A stretch of DNA of 64,000 nt, taken from the IMG/VR virus record IMGVR_UViG_3300002350_000001; one strand, written 5' to 3'. A program made the translations under genes and the position numbers. The first letter of the stretch is position 1; each line of letters opens with the position of its first letter. The stretch comes from a virus. Shown in pieces: positions 62,759 through 64,000 of this stretch. Under the pieces are notes generated by a model that made no database searches, was not told the DNA's origin, and was given only the letters and a program-made list of their open reading frames with translations.

Positions 62759-63472
62759 TTATACCCCCCTATAGAACTTAAAATACTTGGTTTTTAAGTT
62801 TATATTATGTTTGTTTATTTTTTTTAAATCTTTTTCTGTAGCATCTCTTACCTCAATTAATGGTTTTTCTTTTTTAAATGGTATAAAATGTGCAATTGGA
62901 GTTCCTCTCTCAATAAATATTTCTTTTTTATCTGAATGAATTAAAAACTGTATATTCATTTCATTGTATTTATCAATTTGTCTAACTCCAGGTACTATAC
63001 TGAAATCTTCATTAAAATGAAAATATGTTGGTAATTGATACATTAAGTATTCTTGATCTGAAAAAACCATCCAAGGACATTTCATTTTTAAAACCGCATA
63101 AGAATTTTTTCCAAAAAATTTATGTTGTGAATAATCTAAATACTGATTATTTGGATGCGTTCCCCATTCAAAAAGTGTGTTAGGAGTTCTCCATCTCCAT
63201 TCTCCAGTTGATGAATCCACATAAATAACTGTATCTGTCCACATAGGCATTATGTATCCATTAGAAAAATAATCAGCAAAAGATGGACATATTTTTGCAT
63301 TTCCAAAAAATGGTCCATTTTCTATATTTATGTTATTTTTTTCTGTTGGCATATTTTTCCACCAGTCTGGTATATATTTAGATACTGGTTTTGGAACACA
63401 GCTTTCAATACTTTCTAATCCTGGAATAGTAGAAATGAAACTTATCTCTGGTTTATTTTTTTTGCTAATCAT
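62759..63472 (-). CDS. Uncharacterised dUTPase-fold-like protein, paralog 5 of 5 (237 aa)
   Basis: IPDWWK, AKICPSFADYFSNGY, PGVRQID, IERGTPIAHFIPFKK. Confidence 0.6.
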   Translation of the reverse strand: MISKKNKPEISFISTIPGLESIESCVPKPVSKYIPDWWKNMPTEKNNINIENGPFFGNAKICPSFADYFSNGYIMPMWTDTVIYVDSSTGEWRWRTPNTLFEWGTHPNNQYLDYSQHKFFGKNSYAVLKMKCPWMVFSDQEYLMYQLPTYFHFNEDFSIVPGVRQIDKYNEMNIQFLIHSDKKEIFIERGTPIAHFIPFKKEKPLIEVRDATEKDLKKINKHNINLKTKYFKFYRGV

Positions 63473-63662
63473 TTTTTACGTCACTATCTGGACTATCTAA
63501 TGGTGTTGGTGCGGTACAAAAAGTTCCGCATTCGTGACACTCTATATCTAAATGATACATACCTATGGTATATGTTTCTGAATCAAATGCAACTAATGCT
63601 CTAAATAAAGTGCCACCACAATTTGGACACTCACATGTAGGAATTCCCCTAGCGTCTATCAC
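63465..63662 (-). CDS. Zn-ribbon protein (65 aa)
   Basis: CPNCG...CHECG. Confidence 0.7.
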   Translation of the reverse strand: MIDARGIPTCECPNCGGTLFRALVAFDSETYTIGMYHLDIECHECGTFCTAPTPLDSPDSDVKND

Positions 63663-63999
63663 TAGAATCCTCTGGAAGTAATTTTTTTAATTCTTTTAAT
63701 TCTAAAGATATTTTTTTAAGGGCATTATCATGCGAAATAATCATTCCTTCTACAGCCTGCCCATATTTATCATAATACTCTATGTGTGGTTCAACTTCAT
63801 TGATAAATTTTTCTAGTCCAGATTGAACACTATCTATATAGTCATATGCCCATTCTCTAGAATCAGACAAAAATTTTATAAAATTTTCTTTATGGATATC
63901 TTCTTCTTCTTTGGTTGGCATATCATCAACTAAAGATCTTAATATTTGATTTGCCTCATAAAGCTTTTGAAAACCACTAACAAGATTTATTAATCTTTT
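63649..63999 (-). CDS. Hypothetical coiled-coil protein, 5' end outside the window
   Basis: The frame stays open upstream of the track start 63921 to the window edge (KRLINLVSGFQKLYEANQILRSLVDDMPTK). Confidence 0.65.
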   Translation of the reverse strand, partial: KRLINLVSGFQKLYEANQILRSLVDDMPTKEEEDIHKENFIKFLSDSREWAYDYIDSVQSGLEKFINEVEPHIEYYDKYGQAVEGMIISHDNALKKISLELKELKKLLPEDSSDRR

Positions 64000-64000
64000 T

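Overview
This window is a 64-kb internal segment of a large, AT-rich tailed dsDNA phage. The very long tape measure, tail tube and absence of a sheath gene indicate a siphovirus-type virion. An Actinobacteria host is inferred from AGAAAGGA ribosome-binding sites, many leaderless promoters, and actinobacterial-style SSB and 7Fe ferredoxin genes. Layout: (1) 1-36.9 kb, mostly minus strand, is the virion module: tape measure (>2,700 aa, runs off the window), two paralogous tail-assembly chaperones, tail tube, neck genes, major capsid, protease-scaffold, portal, a 1208-aa LamG-like protein, a class II ribonucleotide reductase, and a mosaic tail-fibre/adaptor cluster with an inverted lytic transglycosylase. 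(2) 37-40.3 kb is an accessory island with a methyltransferase, a sulfotransferase and dUTPase-fold-like paralogs. (3) 40.4-52.1 kb is a divergent early region of short genes with about 15 sigma70-type promoters, 10 helically phased CRP-type boxes and a repeated, covarying RNA pseudoknot placed after stop codons. (4) 52.1-52.8 kb is non-coding, with DnaA boxes and iteron-like repeats. (5) 52.8-64 kb holds micro-ORFs, SSB, ferredoxin, six tRNAs and a glycosyltransferase cluster. The strongest candidate for an undescribed system is the non-coding layer: 8 copies of an H-type pseudoknot with compensatory changes, CRP-phased promoter cassettes, and candidate small RNAs with anti-Shine-Dalgarno loops. 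All family assignments are by motif recognition; no database searches were run.
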